From an uncultured Bacteroidales bacterium (GTDB taxonomy: Bacteria > Bacteroidota > Bacteroidia > Bacteroidales > FEN-979): DNA of 64,000 nt. A model generated the notes under the pieces. The model was not told where the DNA came from. It was given only the letters and a program-made list of their open reading frames with translations, and searched no databases. Of the stretch, positions 20,513 through 31,573 are shown piece after piece. Numbering within the stretch: the first letter of the stretch is position 1; each line of letters begins with the position of its first letter. The stretch spans positions 202,051-266,050 of the forward strand of contig CAWAVC010000025.1 in the NCBI GenBank assembly GCA_963785325.1, in the 5' to 3' direction. Position numbers and translations under genes: made by a program.

Positions 20513-21434
20513 GAAAGAGTTAAAAGTTATTTCGGTCAATGTGTCTGAGACTAAGGGGACGATAAAGCACCCTGTTGAGTCAATTCATTTGACTGATATG
20601 GGGGTGGAGCATGATGCTCATTCGGGAGCCTGGAACAGGCAGGTGAGTTTGCTTGGGATTGAAAGCATCCGGAAGTATGAAAAAGTAACAAGCAGGAAAG
20701 TATCTCACGGTGAATTTGCTGAAAATATTACGACGGAGGGATTTGATCTTTGGAAAATGAACCCCCTAGATAGGTTCACCGTTGGGGATGCCGAACTTGA
20801 AGTGACCCAGATCGGTAAAGAATGTCATGGGACTTCGTGCGCAATTTTTAAGGAAACCGGAGATTGTATAATGCCTAAAGAAGGGATTTTCTGCCGTGTA
20901 ATCCGGCCGGGAGTGATTCGACCGAGTGATGTACTCGAATATCATCCGAAAGTTTTTTTAATCCGGATCATTACTCTCAGTGACCGTGCCAGTCGCGGTG
21001 AATATGAGGACAAGTCGGGTCCTCTAATCAAAGAACTCCTCATGGAATTTTTTACCAGTCACCATTTACAATTCACAATTCACAATTCACTAATCCCTGA
21101 TGATCCTGATCAACTTAGAGACTTTATGAACCGGGCAAAGCAGGATAAAACTGATTTTGTTTTCACTACCGGGGGTACAGGAATCGGTACTAAAGATCTC
21201 ACTCCGGAAGTTGTTAAACCTTTGCTGGATAAGGAAATCCCGGGTATTATGGAGTTGATCCGCACCAAGTATGGGGCAGAAAAACCGAATGCTCTTGTCA
21301 GCCGGAGTATAGCAGGTGTCATGAGGGAAAGTCTTGTTTTCACGTTACCAGGTAGTGTGAAGGCTGTAAATGAATACATGACCGAAATCTTACCCACCAT
21401 CAATCACCTGGTATTTCATGCTTCATGGCATTGA
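20511..21434 (+). CDS. MOSC domain fused to a MogA/MoaB-type molybdopterin adenylyltransferase domain
   Basis: N-terminal half has a MOSC-like beta barrel (ENITTEG...GDAELEVTQIGKECH). C-terminal half has ITLSDRASRGEYEDKSGP...TTGGTGIGTKDLTPE. An in-frame 3x ACAATTC array lies at 21068-21090. Confidence 0.75.
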   Translation: MKELKVISVNVSETKGTIKHPVESIHLTDMGVEHDAHSGAWNRQVSLLGIESIRKYEKVTSRKVSHGEFAENITTEGFDLWKMNPLDRFTVGDAELEVTQIGKECHGTSCAIFKETGDCIMPKEGIFCRVIRPGVIRPSDVLEYHPKVFLIRIITLSDRASRGEYEDKSGPLIKELLMEFFTSHHLQFTIHNSLIPDDPDQLRDFMNRAKQDKTDFVFTTGGTGIGTKDLTPEVVKPLLDKEIPGIMELIRTKYGAEKPNALVSRSIAGVMRESLVFTLPGSVKAVNEYMTEILPTINHLVFHASWH

Positions 21435-21509
21435 CATTCATTGAGAAGTGAAATAGTAAAATACGAAATTAAAAAAGTGATGGAATGTTGAAACCTGCCT
21501 GCTGGATAA

Positions 21510-22379
21510 TTAAAAAGCCCGGACGGCACGTACATTGATTGTGGTGTCCCCCTTATCGGCATTGCGCTGGAGGAGACTACCGACGTAGCTGGTCCATGCA
21601 TTGTCAAGACTGCTCTCTGATGAACTCCAATAGAAACCGCCAAGAGCAAAACGACCAATAACATCAGTGTGAATAATCATCTGATTAAGTTCTTCCTGTG
21701 ATGGTAGAAACCAATCACTGTAACCGTTCAGTACGAGAGCATCACAAATCCGGGCTGCTGTACCTGCCATATTACATCCGCTAACAATAGCCTTAGTATT
21801 GGCTTGTCCTGTGCCAATGGTCGTTCCTGTGCCACCAATAAGAATTCCTTTACAACCCCAAACTGCTCCCATACATTGGTCGCTTGTTGCCGAGATAAGT
21901 CCGTGCTGGCCTGTTTTATCAATATAGAAGATTATTCCACCTTCATAACTTTGACCAATATGGAATACTGTCTTAAAACTTACAAGATTGCCATAACCAG
22001 TTCCGCTGCTGTTGGTGGCATAGGCCCGTATATAGTAAGTCGTGTCGTAATTTAATCCTGTAATAAAACTGGTAAAATTGCCAATATTTGCACCACTTGC
22101 AATTTTATTAAGACATTGTTCTATCGTACAGGATTGACTACTGGTACTCCAGCATACCCCTCTAATGATAATTGCTGTTCCTCCACCCCAGGTTATATTA
22201 CCACCACAGATAGCAGTGTGTGGCGTTATACCGGTCACCGCTGATGTTGTTAGTACAGGTATTGTCGGAGGTTGAATGACATCACCAGTGACCCCGGATT
22301 TATTACAGTTGCTTGTGAATATTAAAAGAAAAGCTATTATGACAAATGCGAGAATCCGGATTATTGATTTTTTTTTCAT
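21510..22379 (-). CDS. lipoprotein with a DUF1566 (Lcl C-terminal-like) domain
   Basis: Lipobox-like FTSNC. C-terminal GYSDWFLPSQEELNQM...YWSSSE...VRAVRAF is typical of DUF1566. Confidence 0.65.
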   Translation of the reverse strand: MKKKSIIRILAFVIIAFLLIFTSNCNKSGVTGDVIQPPTIPVLTTSAVTGITPHTAICGGNITWGGGTAIIIRGVCWSTSSQSCTIEQCLNKIASGANIGNFTSFITGLNYDTTYYIRAYATNSSGTGYGNLVSFKTVFHIGQSYEGGIIFYIDKTGQHGLISATSDQCMGAVWGCKGILIGGTGTTIGTGQANTKAIVSGCNMAGTAARICDALVLNGYSDWFLPSQEELNQMIIHTDVIGRFALGGFYWSSSESSLDNAWTSYVGSLLQRNADKGDTTINVRAVRAF

Positions 22380-22879
22380 GGTTGTTTAATTAATTTTACC
22401 CTAATAATTTCACCCTATGATAAAAAAACTGGCATTTATTTACAAAGTAATATTTAATTTTGATATCAATAGGGTCAGACTCATATAATTTTTGCACAAG
22501 TTGTTGTTAATCATTTTGCATGCTCATCCGGCATCCATATAAAAAAATCTAAACTATTTTGAATCAGATCAGAAAAAAAATTTACAAGAAATGGGGGTGC
22601 GTCCCGGGGAAGGACATACAATAATTGCTACATTAAGACTTAAAAGAAAAGATTGTTTTTGATGACACCCCCATAGCTGATCACAAATGTAAATAAGGGA
22701 GATCACCAATCAACGACGTTTTAAGAAAGTTATTGACAGGTGACAGTGAATTAAATTAATAAACCATGATCTCATCGCAAATTAATGAAAGAAAAAATCA
22801 TAAAATGAAAGGCAGGATAAGGAAAGATGAACGTTTAAGTAATAAAATGCACATTGGATACAGAATCATGTAATTTATT

Positions 22880-24237
22880 CACAGCTGTCCAAAATAAATT
22901 TAACTTCTCATAATTACTATTGATAACCAGATATATAGGTTATCGTTTTATCGATTTTCAAGATTAACCCTCCCCATCAAACAGTAATAATTGTTCTATT
23001 TTATTGCTATTTGGACGGATAAACGGCTCATTAATCCAAGCCCATAGGTCAATTTTCACGAATAGATTCAATCGAATAAATGTGATCAGGTTTGACATGT
23101 GCCATTTGTATTGTGCCTTTGTCTTCAGGAATGCTAGTAGTAATATCGTGATTAAAGCTGTCCAGATTTGTATTTGAACTGCATTCTCAGAGGTTCCAAC
23201 AAATGATTTGATTTTCAGGTTCTGTTTAATCATCTTGAAAAAAGATTCAATATACCACCGCTCCTTATAGATCATGGCAACGGTCGTTGCTGTCCAAGAT
23301 CGGTTATTGGTTATAAAGACAAGTTCTCTTTGATGCTCTTCATCCCAATACCTTACCATTCTAAGCATTTTGGGGTATTCTTCTTGGGCTTTTACCCCTT
23401 TCAGTCGAATATTGCAGTCCTGGAGCACATTCTTATCCTTCTCGTCCGACAAATCAAAGTCTTCAACGATTTCATAATCCATGTTGTCTTTCGCACGGGT
23501 CACAAACCAGTTGTTTATGCTGTCCAAATTATACCACCAAGAAAAATCATAGTAGCCCATGTCGAACACCAGAATGCTATCCAAGGGCAACCTCATCTTT
23601 CGTGCAACCTTTATTTCATGTACTTTCCCATGGGTAAGATCAGCGAATGCTGGTAAACAACCCTCGTAGTCAAGTAACAGGTGAAGTTTTACAGCCCCTT
23701 TGCGAGTACGGAACTTAGCCCAGTCATAAAGCGAAAGCGATAAGGAGATCACGCTGGCATCTAGCAGGAATACTTTGCGTTTAATCTTCTTCAACGCAGG
23801 TTTGGAGAACTTTGTCTGGGTACGGAAATAATCGGCAAGAACATAATAGAACTCTTGAAAAATCTCATAGTTGCGGTGCTCGTTAACATAAGACACGGTG
23901 GATTTGGCGGGTGCATGGCTACATCCAAGATGTTTTATGTTCCCCGTGATGCTTCGCAAACCGTTTGAAATGTCTCTTACTGAATTTGCATGACCCAGAT
24001 GGCAGAAAAGCATACTGACCAGATGCGTCCAGCTATCAATTCCTTTGCTGTATTTATCAGTACCGTACTTTTTAACAATATTGCTGAACAATTCTCTGGG
24101 TATTAAACTTGTCATTTGTGAAAAAAGAGATAATTTTACCATAGGGATTGGTTTTTGTCGATATTGTAAAATTACCCCTTTCAGGGGTATCTCCAATCCC
24201 TTCTTTTTTTCTTAAAAATTTATTTTGGACGGATGTG
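22880..24237 (-). mobile_element. IS4-family insertion sequence, 1358 bp, 22-bp imperfect terminal IRs, 9-bp target duplication
   Basis: IRL 22880-22901 is CACAGCTGTCCAAAATAAATTT. The reverse complement of IRR 24216-24237 is CACATCCGTCCAAAATAAATTT (20/22 match). TAATTTATT is present at both 22871-22879 and 24238-24246. Confidence 0.85.
22964..24142 (-). CDS. IS4-family DDE transposase
   Basis: N-terminal DUF4372-like MVKLSLFSQMTSLIPRELF. DDE region with FLLDASVISL, LVFDMGYYDF and YKERWYIESFFKMIKQ (Y-R-E-K signature). Confidence 0.85.
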   Translation of the reverse strand: MVKLSLFSQMTSLIPRELFSNIVKKYGTDKYSKGIDSWTHLVSMLFCHLGHANSVRDISNGLRSITGNIKHLGCSHAPAKSTVSYVNEHRNYEIFQEFYYVLADYFRTQTKFSKPALKKIKRKVFLLDASVISLSLSLYDWAKFRTRKGAVKLHLLLDYEGCLPAFADLTHGKVHEIKVARKMRLPLDSILVFDMGYYDFSWWYNLDSINNWFVTRAKDNMDYEIVEDFDLSDEKDKNVLQDCNIRLKGVKAQEEYPKMLRMVRYWDEEHQRELVFITNNRSWTATTVAMIYKERWYIESFFKMIKQNLKIKSFVGTSENAVQIQIWTALITILLLAFLKTKAQYKWHMSNLITFIRLNLFVKIDLWAWINEPFIRPNSNKIEQLLLFDGEG

Positions 24238-24742
24238 TAATTTATTTTAACTTTGTATAAACATACAAACGATTAACAATGAGGTACAGTTCAATATTTG
24301 TAAAAATATGCAAACCAACTTACAACCTTAGCAGGATAATGTTACCTATCGGAACTATCTTATTAGTTATCGGACTGGCGACAAATCTATTCTTCGATAA
24401 AGGATGGGTGGTATTCCTGATTGGAATTTGTCTGCTTTGCAGTCTGGATCATTTTACATTATCTCCCAGTAGGATATTTGACATTTTTAATTAAATCGAT
24501 CGATGAATCTTTGACTGCAAAAAAGGTGATAAAAATCGTAGAGCGCCATTTGAATGATCATAATGTGAATAATTCTTTCTATTTCCTTTCAGACTTTTAT
24601 AACGAGATTCAAGAGAAGAATAAGAACAATATTAGCGAAAAAGAAAGAAAAAGGCTTCAAAAATTTGATACTATGTTAAAGATCAGGCACAGAATAAAAA
24701 AAAGGAAAATGTAATGACCATTTTTTCTGTGTTATATGAATG

Positions 24743-26903
24743 TTAATCTTTGATTATCTTTCCCACTTCAACCGTTCTATCATTGGTTAATCGCACAAAA
24801 TAAACTCCACTTTGCAAATTGCTGATATTTATTTTTGTTTCAGGCTCAGTGATTTGGCGGTTCAATACCTCCTGACCGCTTAAGTTCAGAATGGATAATC
24901 GGCTTTGGGTATGAGTTTCTGATGTTTCGATGGTTACAAAGCCGGATGAAGGGTTGGGGTGAATGTTCAATTTGCCGGAGTTAAATGGTAATACAATGAA
25001 ACCCGCCGGATAACCTCCTCCGTTTGTAGTTTTTAAAATTGTTCCATTTTCTCCGACTGCATATCCTGTATTGGCATCAGTAAAATAAACTGAAGATAAA
25101 CTATTAGTTGTTCCGCTTGTTAATAAACTCCAGTTTGTGCCTCCATCAACGGTTTTAAAAATTCTTCCAATAGAATTGGACCAATTTATATTACCACTCA
25201 TAATATATCCTGTATTGGCATCTGTAAAGTATACTGAATTAAGCCAATCAGTTGTTCCGACCGATGAAGTAGTCCAGGTTTCACCTCCATCGATGGTTTT
25301 TAATATAATTCCTGTAGAAGAAGCAGACCCAATTATACTATCGCCTACCACATACCCTGTATTGGAATCAGTAAAATATATGGAATTTAAAAAATCATTT
25401 GGATCGTTAAATGCAACTGTCCAGTTTGCTCCTCCATTGATAGTTTTTAAAATGATCCCATAATTTACCACTACATACCCTGTTTCAGAATTAGTAAAGT
25501 AAACCGAATTAAAATTTTCACTTGAATCGCTATATATAATTGTCCAGTTTATGCCCCCATTGATAGTTTTTAAGATGGTCCCATTTTGCTGAGAACAATA
25601 ATTACCACCTGTCACATACCCGGTACTGGCATCGGGAAAGGAAAGTGAATATAAATCATTAGAAGTTCCGCTCGATAAAGAAGTCCCAGGTTTCACCTCC
25701 ATTGATGGTTTTCAAGATTGTTCCACTATCTCCAACTGTGTATCCTGTATTAGCATCGATAAAGCGAGCCGAAGATAAACTATTAGAAGTTCCGCTCGTT
25801 AAAGAAGTCCAATTTTCACCTCCATTGATGGTTTTTAAGATTGTTCCGCCTGTACCTATTGCATACCCAGTATTGGCATCGGCGAAGAAAACCGAAGATA
25901 AATAATTATAAGTTATTCCAGTTGATAAAATGGTCCATGTGGTACTTCCATTAATGGTTTTTAAGATAGTTCCACCGTTACCCACTACGTAGCCTGTATT
26001 GACATCGGTAAAGTAAACTGAATATAAACCGTTAGAAGTTCCGCTCGATAAAGAAGTCCATGTTTCACCTCCATTGATGGTTTTTAAGATGGTTCCGCTA
26101 TCGCCTACCGTATAACCCGTATTAGCGCCGATAAAGTAAACTGAAAATAAATCAATAGTGGTTCCGCTCGTTAAAAAAGTCCAAGTAGTGCCACCATTAA
26201 TGGTTTTCAGGATGGTTCCATGATTCTCCACTATATATCCTATACTGGCCTCGGTAAAGAAAACCGAAGATAAATCAACATACTGGTAACTCGGTAATAT
26301 AGTGGAAGTCCAGTTTGAACCTCCATCGATAGTTTTTAAGATGATTTCAATTGAATTAGACCCAACCAGACTATCTCCAACAACAAAGCCTGTATTGGCA
26401 TCCGTAAAGTAAACTGATAATAAAGGAGTAGTTGTTCCGCCCGACAAAGAAGTCCAGGTTTCACCTCCATTGATGGTTTTTAAAATTGTTCCACTATCTC
26501 CTACTGCATACCCTGTATTGGCATCGGTAAAGAAAACCGAAGATAAACAATTAGTTGTTCCGGTTGATAAAACAGTCCATGTTGTACCTCCGTCAATGGT
26601 TTTTAAAATAGTTCCGTTTTCCGGAAAATTATAATTACCACCTACTGCATAACCTGTATTTACATCTGTAAAGTAAACTGAAAATAAATAATCAGAAGTT
26701 CCGCCCGATAAAGAAGTCCAGGTTTCACCTCCATTAATGGTTTTCAAAAGTGTTCCACTTGTACCTACTGTAAACCCTGTATTGGCATCGATAAAGAAAA
26801 CTGAAGATAATGGATTGCCTTGTGGTAAGGGGTTTTGCCATATCCATTGTGAAAAAGCGGCAAATGGAAAAAAGGAAAAGAAAATGCAGATAACTTTTTT
26901 CAT
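24743..26903 (-). pseudogene. secreted BNR/Ycf48-like repeat protein with a T9SS sorting domain, split by a 1-nt indel (or a sequencing error)
   Basis: ORFs 25659-26903 (signal peptide, repeats GTILKTINGGETWTSLSSGTSN.LYSVYFTD) and 24743-25702 (the same repeats plus a Por_Secre_tail). The repeat phase is restored by removing one C from CCC at 25685-25687. Confidence 0.75.
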
Positions 26904-27074
26904 AAATTTTTCTTACTGTACTTAACTTATTCTAAATGCCATGAAAGGTAAGAAATTAGTTTCTAAAGTCAAGAATAAAGTGGACAAAAACAGATTTTCC
27001 CGTCCTCTTTATCGTTCCCTGGAAAAAAAACGCCGTAAGTGATTAGCTTACGGCATGATAAATTGAAATGTATG

Positions 27075-27159
27075 TACCCGGAGCGGGAATTGAACCCGCA
27101 CGGCCGCAATGGCCACAGGATTTTAAGTCCTGCGTGTCTACCAATTCCACCATCCGGGC
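27075..27159 (-). tRNA. tRNA-Leu (anticodon UAA), long variable arm, no encoded CCA
   Basis: The reverse complement GCCCGGATGGTGGAATTGGTAGACACGCAGGACTTAAAATCCTG...GCGGGTTCAATTCCCGCTCCGGGTA folds as a class II cloverleaf. Confidence 0.9.
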
Positions 27160-27204
27160 GTATGAAACGTGATGCGCCCGCGGAAAGAAGGTTTGAGAAA
27201 AAAA

Positions 27205-27228
27205 ACCCTCTTCAGAGGGTTTTACTTT
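27205..27228 (-). terminator. hairpin AACCCTC-TGAA-GAGGGTT flanked by A/T runs (possibly bidirectional)
   Basis: Seen between the two tRNA genes. T-run follows on both strands. Confidence 0.35.
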
Positions 27229-27233
27229 TTTAG

Positions 27234-27306
<73 letters not shown>

Positions 27307-27390
27307 GTTTACATTGGGTTTGCAAATTTATTAAAATTTTGAAAAACACAAGGATTTTTATTGGTTAAATCTTATTTTAATGTGCCGGAG

Positions 27391-27495
27391 TGAAAAGATA
27401 ATTTACGATTGGACAATGTTAATTTACGATTGGACGATTTCAGATTTCAGATTGAATCTTTTGATTGATGATTTACGATTGAAGTCAAGACGACT
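27391..27495 (+). repeat. AT-rich repeat patch (AATTTACGATTGGAC x2, GATTTCA x2, GATTTACGATTGAAG)
   Basis: Direct reading. Confidence 0.7.
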
Positions 27496-27555
27496 GATGA
27501 ATGGCCCCAGCCTTGTGATGCGGAGGGTGGAAGGAATCGGAGAAGGAAACGGACT

Positions 27556-30226
27556 CTATTTACCAAGCAGCTTTTTAATTTCATTGAGTTTCATCAGTGC
27601 TTCTACAGGAGTGAGGGTATTGATATCGGTGTTCAGGATGTCTTCCTTGATCTGGAGAAGGGTTGGGTCGTCAAGTTGGATAAAGCTGAGCTGGTAGCCG
27701 GACGCTTGTTGTCTGGATTTGGATGGTGGATGCTTGGCACTGGATAATGGGTACTGGGTACCGGGTACTGGATTTTGGTTTCCTAATTCCCGGGCGTTAT
27801 GGGATTCTTCCAGTTGGTGAAGGAGGGTGTTGGCATTTTCTATCACAGTACCCGGCATGCCGGCCATTTTTGCAACATGGATCCCAAAACTGTGTTCACT
27901 TCCTCCTGGTAAGAGCTTCCGGATAAAAATGACCTGGTTCTGGATTTCTTTCACTGCCACATGATAATTCCTGATCCGAGGGAAAAGTTCGGCCATTTCA
28001 TTTAGTTCATGGTAATGCGTGGCAAAAAGGACTTTCGGTCTGAACAAGGGATGCTCATGAAGGTACTGGGCAATAGCCCACGCAATGGAAATACCATCAT
28101 AAGTGCTGGTACCTCTTCCGATCTCATCGAGGAGGATCAGGCTGCGATTGGAGATGTTGTTCAGGATGCTGGCTGTTTCATTCATCTCGACCATGAAGGT
28201 CGATTCGCCGGAAGTGATGTTGTCGGATGCCCCCACACGGGTGAACACCTTGTCTACGATGCCCAATTCCGCAGATTCCGCAGGCACATAGCTGCCCATC
28301 TGGGCCATTAATACGATAAGGGCTGTCTGTCGAAGTAACGCGGATTTCCCTGACATATTCGGCCCGGTGATGATCATGATCTGCTGGTTCTTATCATCCA
28401 GGTGAACGTCGTTGGAAATATATTCTTCACCCTGCTTCATCTGCTGCTCTATAACAGGATGCCTTCCGCCTTTAATATCCAGAACATAAGAATCGTTCAG
28501 GACGGGACGGGTATAATTGTTCTTCTCTGCAATGACAGCAAAGGAAACCAGAACATCGAGCCGGGCGGCAAGAATGGCATTCAGCTGGATCGGACGGATA
28601 TAATCATTAAGGAACAAAACCAGGTTTTCGAAAATACGGGTTTCCAGTGCAAGGATCTTTTCTTCAGCCCCAAGAATCTTTTCTTCATATTCTTTAAGCT
28701 CTTCAGTAGTGTACCTTTCAGCATTCACCAGTGTTTGTTTTCGTGACCATTCGGGTGGGCACCTTGTCTTTATGCGCGTTGGTGACCTCAAGATAGTACC
28801 CGAAAACATTGGTATATCCGATCTTCAAGGAAGAAATCCCCGTTCGTTCGATTTCACGTTGCCTGATCTTCACCAGGTAGTCTTTTCCTGAATATGCCAG
28901 CTTCCGCAATTCATCAAGTTCCTCAGAAACCCCTTCCCTGATTATATTGCCTTTAGAAACGAGTGCCGGAGGGTCGGGCTGGATCTCCTTTTCAATCTTT
29001 TCCCTGACGAGCTGGCATATATTAAATTGTTCCCCGATCTTCTTCATTCCTTCATTGCCGGAAGATTCACAGGCATTTTTCATGATGTCGATGCACTCGA
29101 GTACCCTGGCCAGATGTACTATTTCGCGGGGGATGATTTTTCCGACAGAAACCTTTGAAATGAGCCGCTCCAGATCACCGATACGTTGGATATTTTGCCG
29201 GATGAGTTCACGGGTATCGGGATTGGCTATAAACCAGGTCACTATATCCAATCTTTCCTTGATGGGCAGATGGTCTTTGAGAGGAAGGATGATCCAACGT
29301 TTCAGGAGTCGCGAGCCCATAGGTGAAACCGTATGATCGAGGGTACTCAGAAGGGTCGCCGCATTTTCACCGGATGAATTCAGCAGTTCGAGGTTCCTGA
29401 TCGTAAAACGGTCGAGCCAGACATAATGATCTTCCTCGATCCGTGATAGTTTGGTGATGTGACTTACCCGGTCATGCTGAGTCTCGGCAAGATAATGCAT
29501 GGCCGCCCCGGCAGCGATCACGGCAGGTTCCATGTTGCTGACCCCAAAACCTTTCAGGGATGTGGTCTGAAAATGTTTCCGGAGTATATCATTGGCAAAA
29601 TCAGACGTAAAAACCCAATCTTCAAAAGTGTTGATATAATATTTATTACCAAACAATTCACAGAATTTCTGACGTTTGTTCTTCTGCACGATGATCTCGC
29701 TGGGACGAAAGGTCTGGATCAGTTTGTCAATATATTCTATTGATCCCTGGGCAAGATAAAATTCGCCGGTCGATACATCCAGGAAAGAAATTCCGGATGT
29801 TTTTGGCTCCAGATTCACACTTGCCAGGTAGTTATTTTCCCGCTGTTCAAGGATCTTATCGTTATAAGAAACGCCGGGGGTTACCAGTTCGGTGACCCCT
29901 CTTTTCACAATCGTTTTAGCGAGTTTCGGATCTTCCAATTGGTCACAAATGGCCACTCTCAAGCCAGATTTTACGAGCTTGGGAAGATAAAGATCGAGTG
30001 CATGATACGGAAATCCGGCAAGTTCGACATAAGAGGCCGCGCCGTTGGCCCGGCGGGTCAGTACGATACCGAGGATGCCGGATGTTTTAACAGCATCCTC
30101 ACCAAATGTTTCATAAAAATCACCCACCCTGAATAGCAGCAATGCATCCGGGTATTTTGCCTTGATGTTGTTGTACTGGCTCATCAGCGGAGTGACAGAA
30201 GAATTTTTTACTATGTCCTTGGACAT
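27556..30226 (-). pseudogene. mutS: DNA mismatch repair protein MutS, interrupted by a 1-nt indel (or a sequencing error)
   Basis: The N-terminal ORF ends ...[11 protein letters not shown] and the C-terminal ORF resumes [15 protein letters not shown]. The junction is at 28752-28762 (GTGCCCACCCGAATGG on the coding strand). Walker A GPNMSGKS is intact. A heptamer patch at 27738-27778 encodes NPVPGTQYP in the C-terminal linker. Confidence 0.85.
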
Positions 30227-30242
30227 TACGTGTTATGTGTTA

Positions 30243-30382
30243 AGTGAGGGGCGAGAATCGTGAAGCGTGACGCGGAAAAGTGAATGGTGAATGGGGGGCA
30301 GAGGGCGGACAAGCGGACGAGTGAAAAATCGTGAAGCGTGACGTGAAAAAGTGAATGGTGAGTGGTGAAAAGTGAGTGGGAA
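30243..30382 (+). repeat. mosaic array (AATCGTGAAGCGTGACGCG x2, GGTGAAT, CAAGCGGA, GGTGAGT)
   Basis: Direct reading, upstream of mutS. Confidence 0.85.
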
Positions 30383-30459
30383 AAAAGTTTAATTTTACCA
30401 TTTTCGTTTTTTATTATGAATGATCAGGATCAATACACAAAAGTATATTAAATTCTTAC

Positions 30460-31017
30460 ATGCGAAAACTGAAAACTTCAGAAATGAACCGCCTGACTAT
30501 TGACGAATTCAAGTCGTCGGCAAAGGCGCCCTTGATCATTGTGCTTGACAATATCCGCAGCCAGAATAATGTAGGATCGGTTTTTCGCACTGCCGATGCT
30601 TTCAGGGTCGAAGCCATCTATCTCTGTGGTATAACAGCTACGCCACCGCACAGGGAAATTAACAAAACAGCTCTGGGTGCAACAGATTCCGTAAGCTGGA
30701 AATATTTCCCTGAAACATCCGTCGCCCTTAAATCCCTCCATAATGAAGGGTATTGCGTTATCGGTGTCGAGCAAACAAATACCAGTCTTCCTCTGCATCT
30801 TTTTCATCCTGACAAAGAGAAAAAATATGCTCTTGTTTTTGGAAATGAAGTCAACGGACTCGATGAATGTCTGATCCCTTTCTTTGATGATTGCGTTGAG
30901 ATCCCCCAATATGGGACGAAACATTCGCTGAATATTTCCGTTGCGGCAGGAATTGTGATCTGGGACGTGTTTGTCAAACTTGATCCAAGCGGGAAAATGG
31001 TGAGAGGTGAGAGGTAA
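30460..31017 (+). CDS. TrmH/SpoU-family RNA 2'-O-methyltransferase
   Basis: NVGSVFRTADAF, ALVFGNEVNGL and SLNISVAAGIVIW motifs. The last codons and the stop lie in a GGTGAGA array. Confidence 0.8.
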   Translation: MRKLKTSEMNRLTIDEFKSSAKAPLIIVLDNIRSQNNVGSVFRTADAFRVEAIYLCGITATPPHREINKTALGATDSVSWKYFPETSVALKSLHNEGYCVIGVEQTNTSLPLHLFHPDKEKKYALVFGNEVNGLDECLIPFFDDCVEIPQYGTKHSLNISVAAGIVIWDVFVKLDPSGKMVRGER

Positions 31018-31290
31018 ATGGGTACTGGGTACTGGGTTCTGGGTTCTGGGTTCTGGGTACTGGGTTCTGGGTACTGGGTTCTGGGTTCTGGGTTCTGGGT
31101 TCTGGGTTCTGGGTTCTGGGTTCTGGGTTCTGGGTACTGGGTTCTGGGTTCTGGGTTCTGGGCACTGGGCACTGGGCAAAAAAGAAATGGCAAAATGGCA
31201 AAAATAGTGAATGGTGAGAGGTGAATGGTGAATAGTGAGTAGTGAGTAGTGAGTAGTGAATGGTGAGTAGTGAAAGGTGGGGGGGGTGAA
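30999..31290 (+). repeat. mosaic array: GGTGAGA x2, GGGTWCT x about 20, GGGCACT, AAATGGC, then GGTGAAT/AGTGAGT
   Basis: Direct reading. Confidence 0.95.
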
Positions 31291-31573
31291 AAAGATTTTT
31301 GAAAAATGTAACTAATCGGTAAATGACCCGTATAATTCAACAAAATTGTGTTTTTTTATTGCAGATTTAGTAAAAAGCTATAATTTTGCGAGTAGGGAAG
31401 AAAATAATTCGATTTTATCTAACTAAAAATCAATTATTTGAAGACAGAATGGAGTTCTATAACAACTCATTGCAAAAAAAAACGATGGGAAATATGTTGT
31501 TTTTCCTTCATTAATCAATATATTTGTAAAATCAATATGCAAAACTTTAAATTATAATTAAAATTTCGGTTGT

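Noticed and set aside
21510-22379. A diversity-generating retroelement: Avd-like four-helix-bundle genes plus a DUF1566 / C-type-lectin-like lipoprotein as a possible variable target
   Set aside because: There is no reverse transcriptase ORF. I could find no second copy (template repeat) of the lipoprotein 3' end anywhere in the window. The four-helix-bundle genes are 23-35 kb away from it.
22600-22690. Possible structured RNA: ATGGGGGTG ... CACCCCCAT long-range pairing in the 580-bp non-coding region upstream of the lipoprotein gene
   Set aside because: It is a single 9-bp complementary pair with an AT-rich interior. It has no recognisable family motif and I have no covariation evidence. 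I cannot support it as a feature.
24279-24714. Two overlapping small ORFs (71 and 97 aa; a hydrophobic N-part and a Lys-rich C-part) next to the IS
   Set aside because: They could be one small membrane protein gene split by another indel. I recognise no family, and the region is AT-rich and adjacent to an IS end. The evidence is too weak to annotate.
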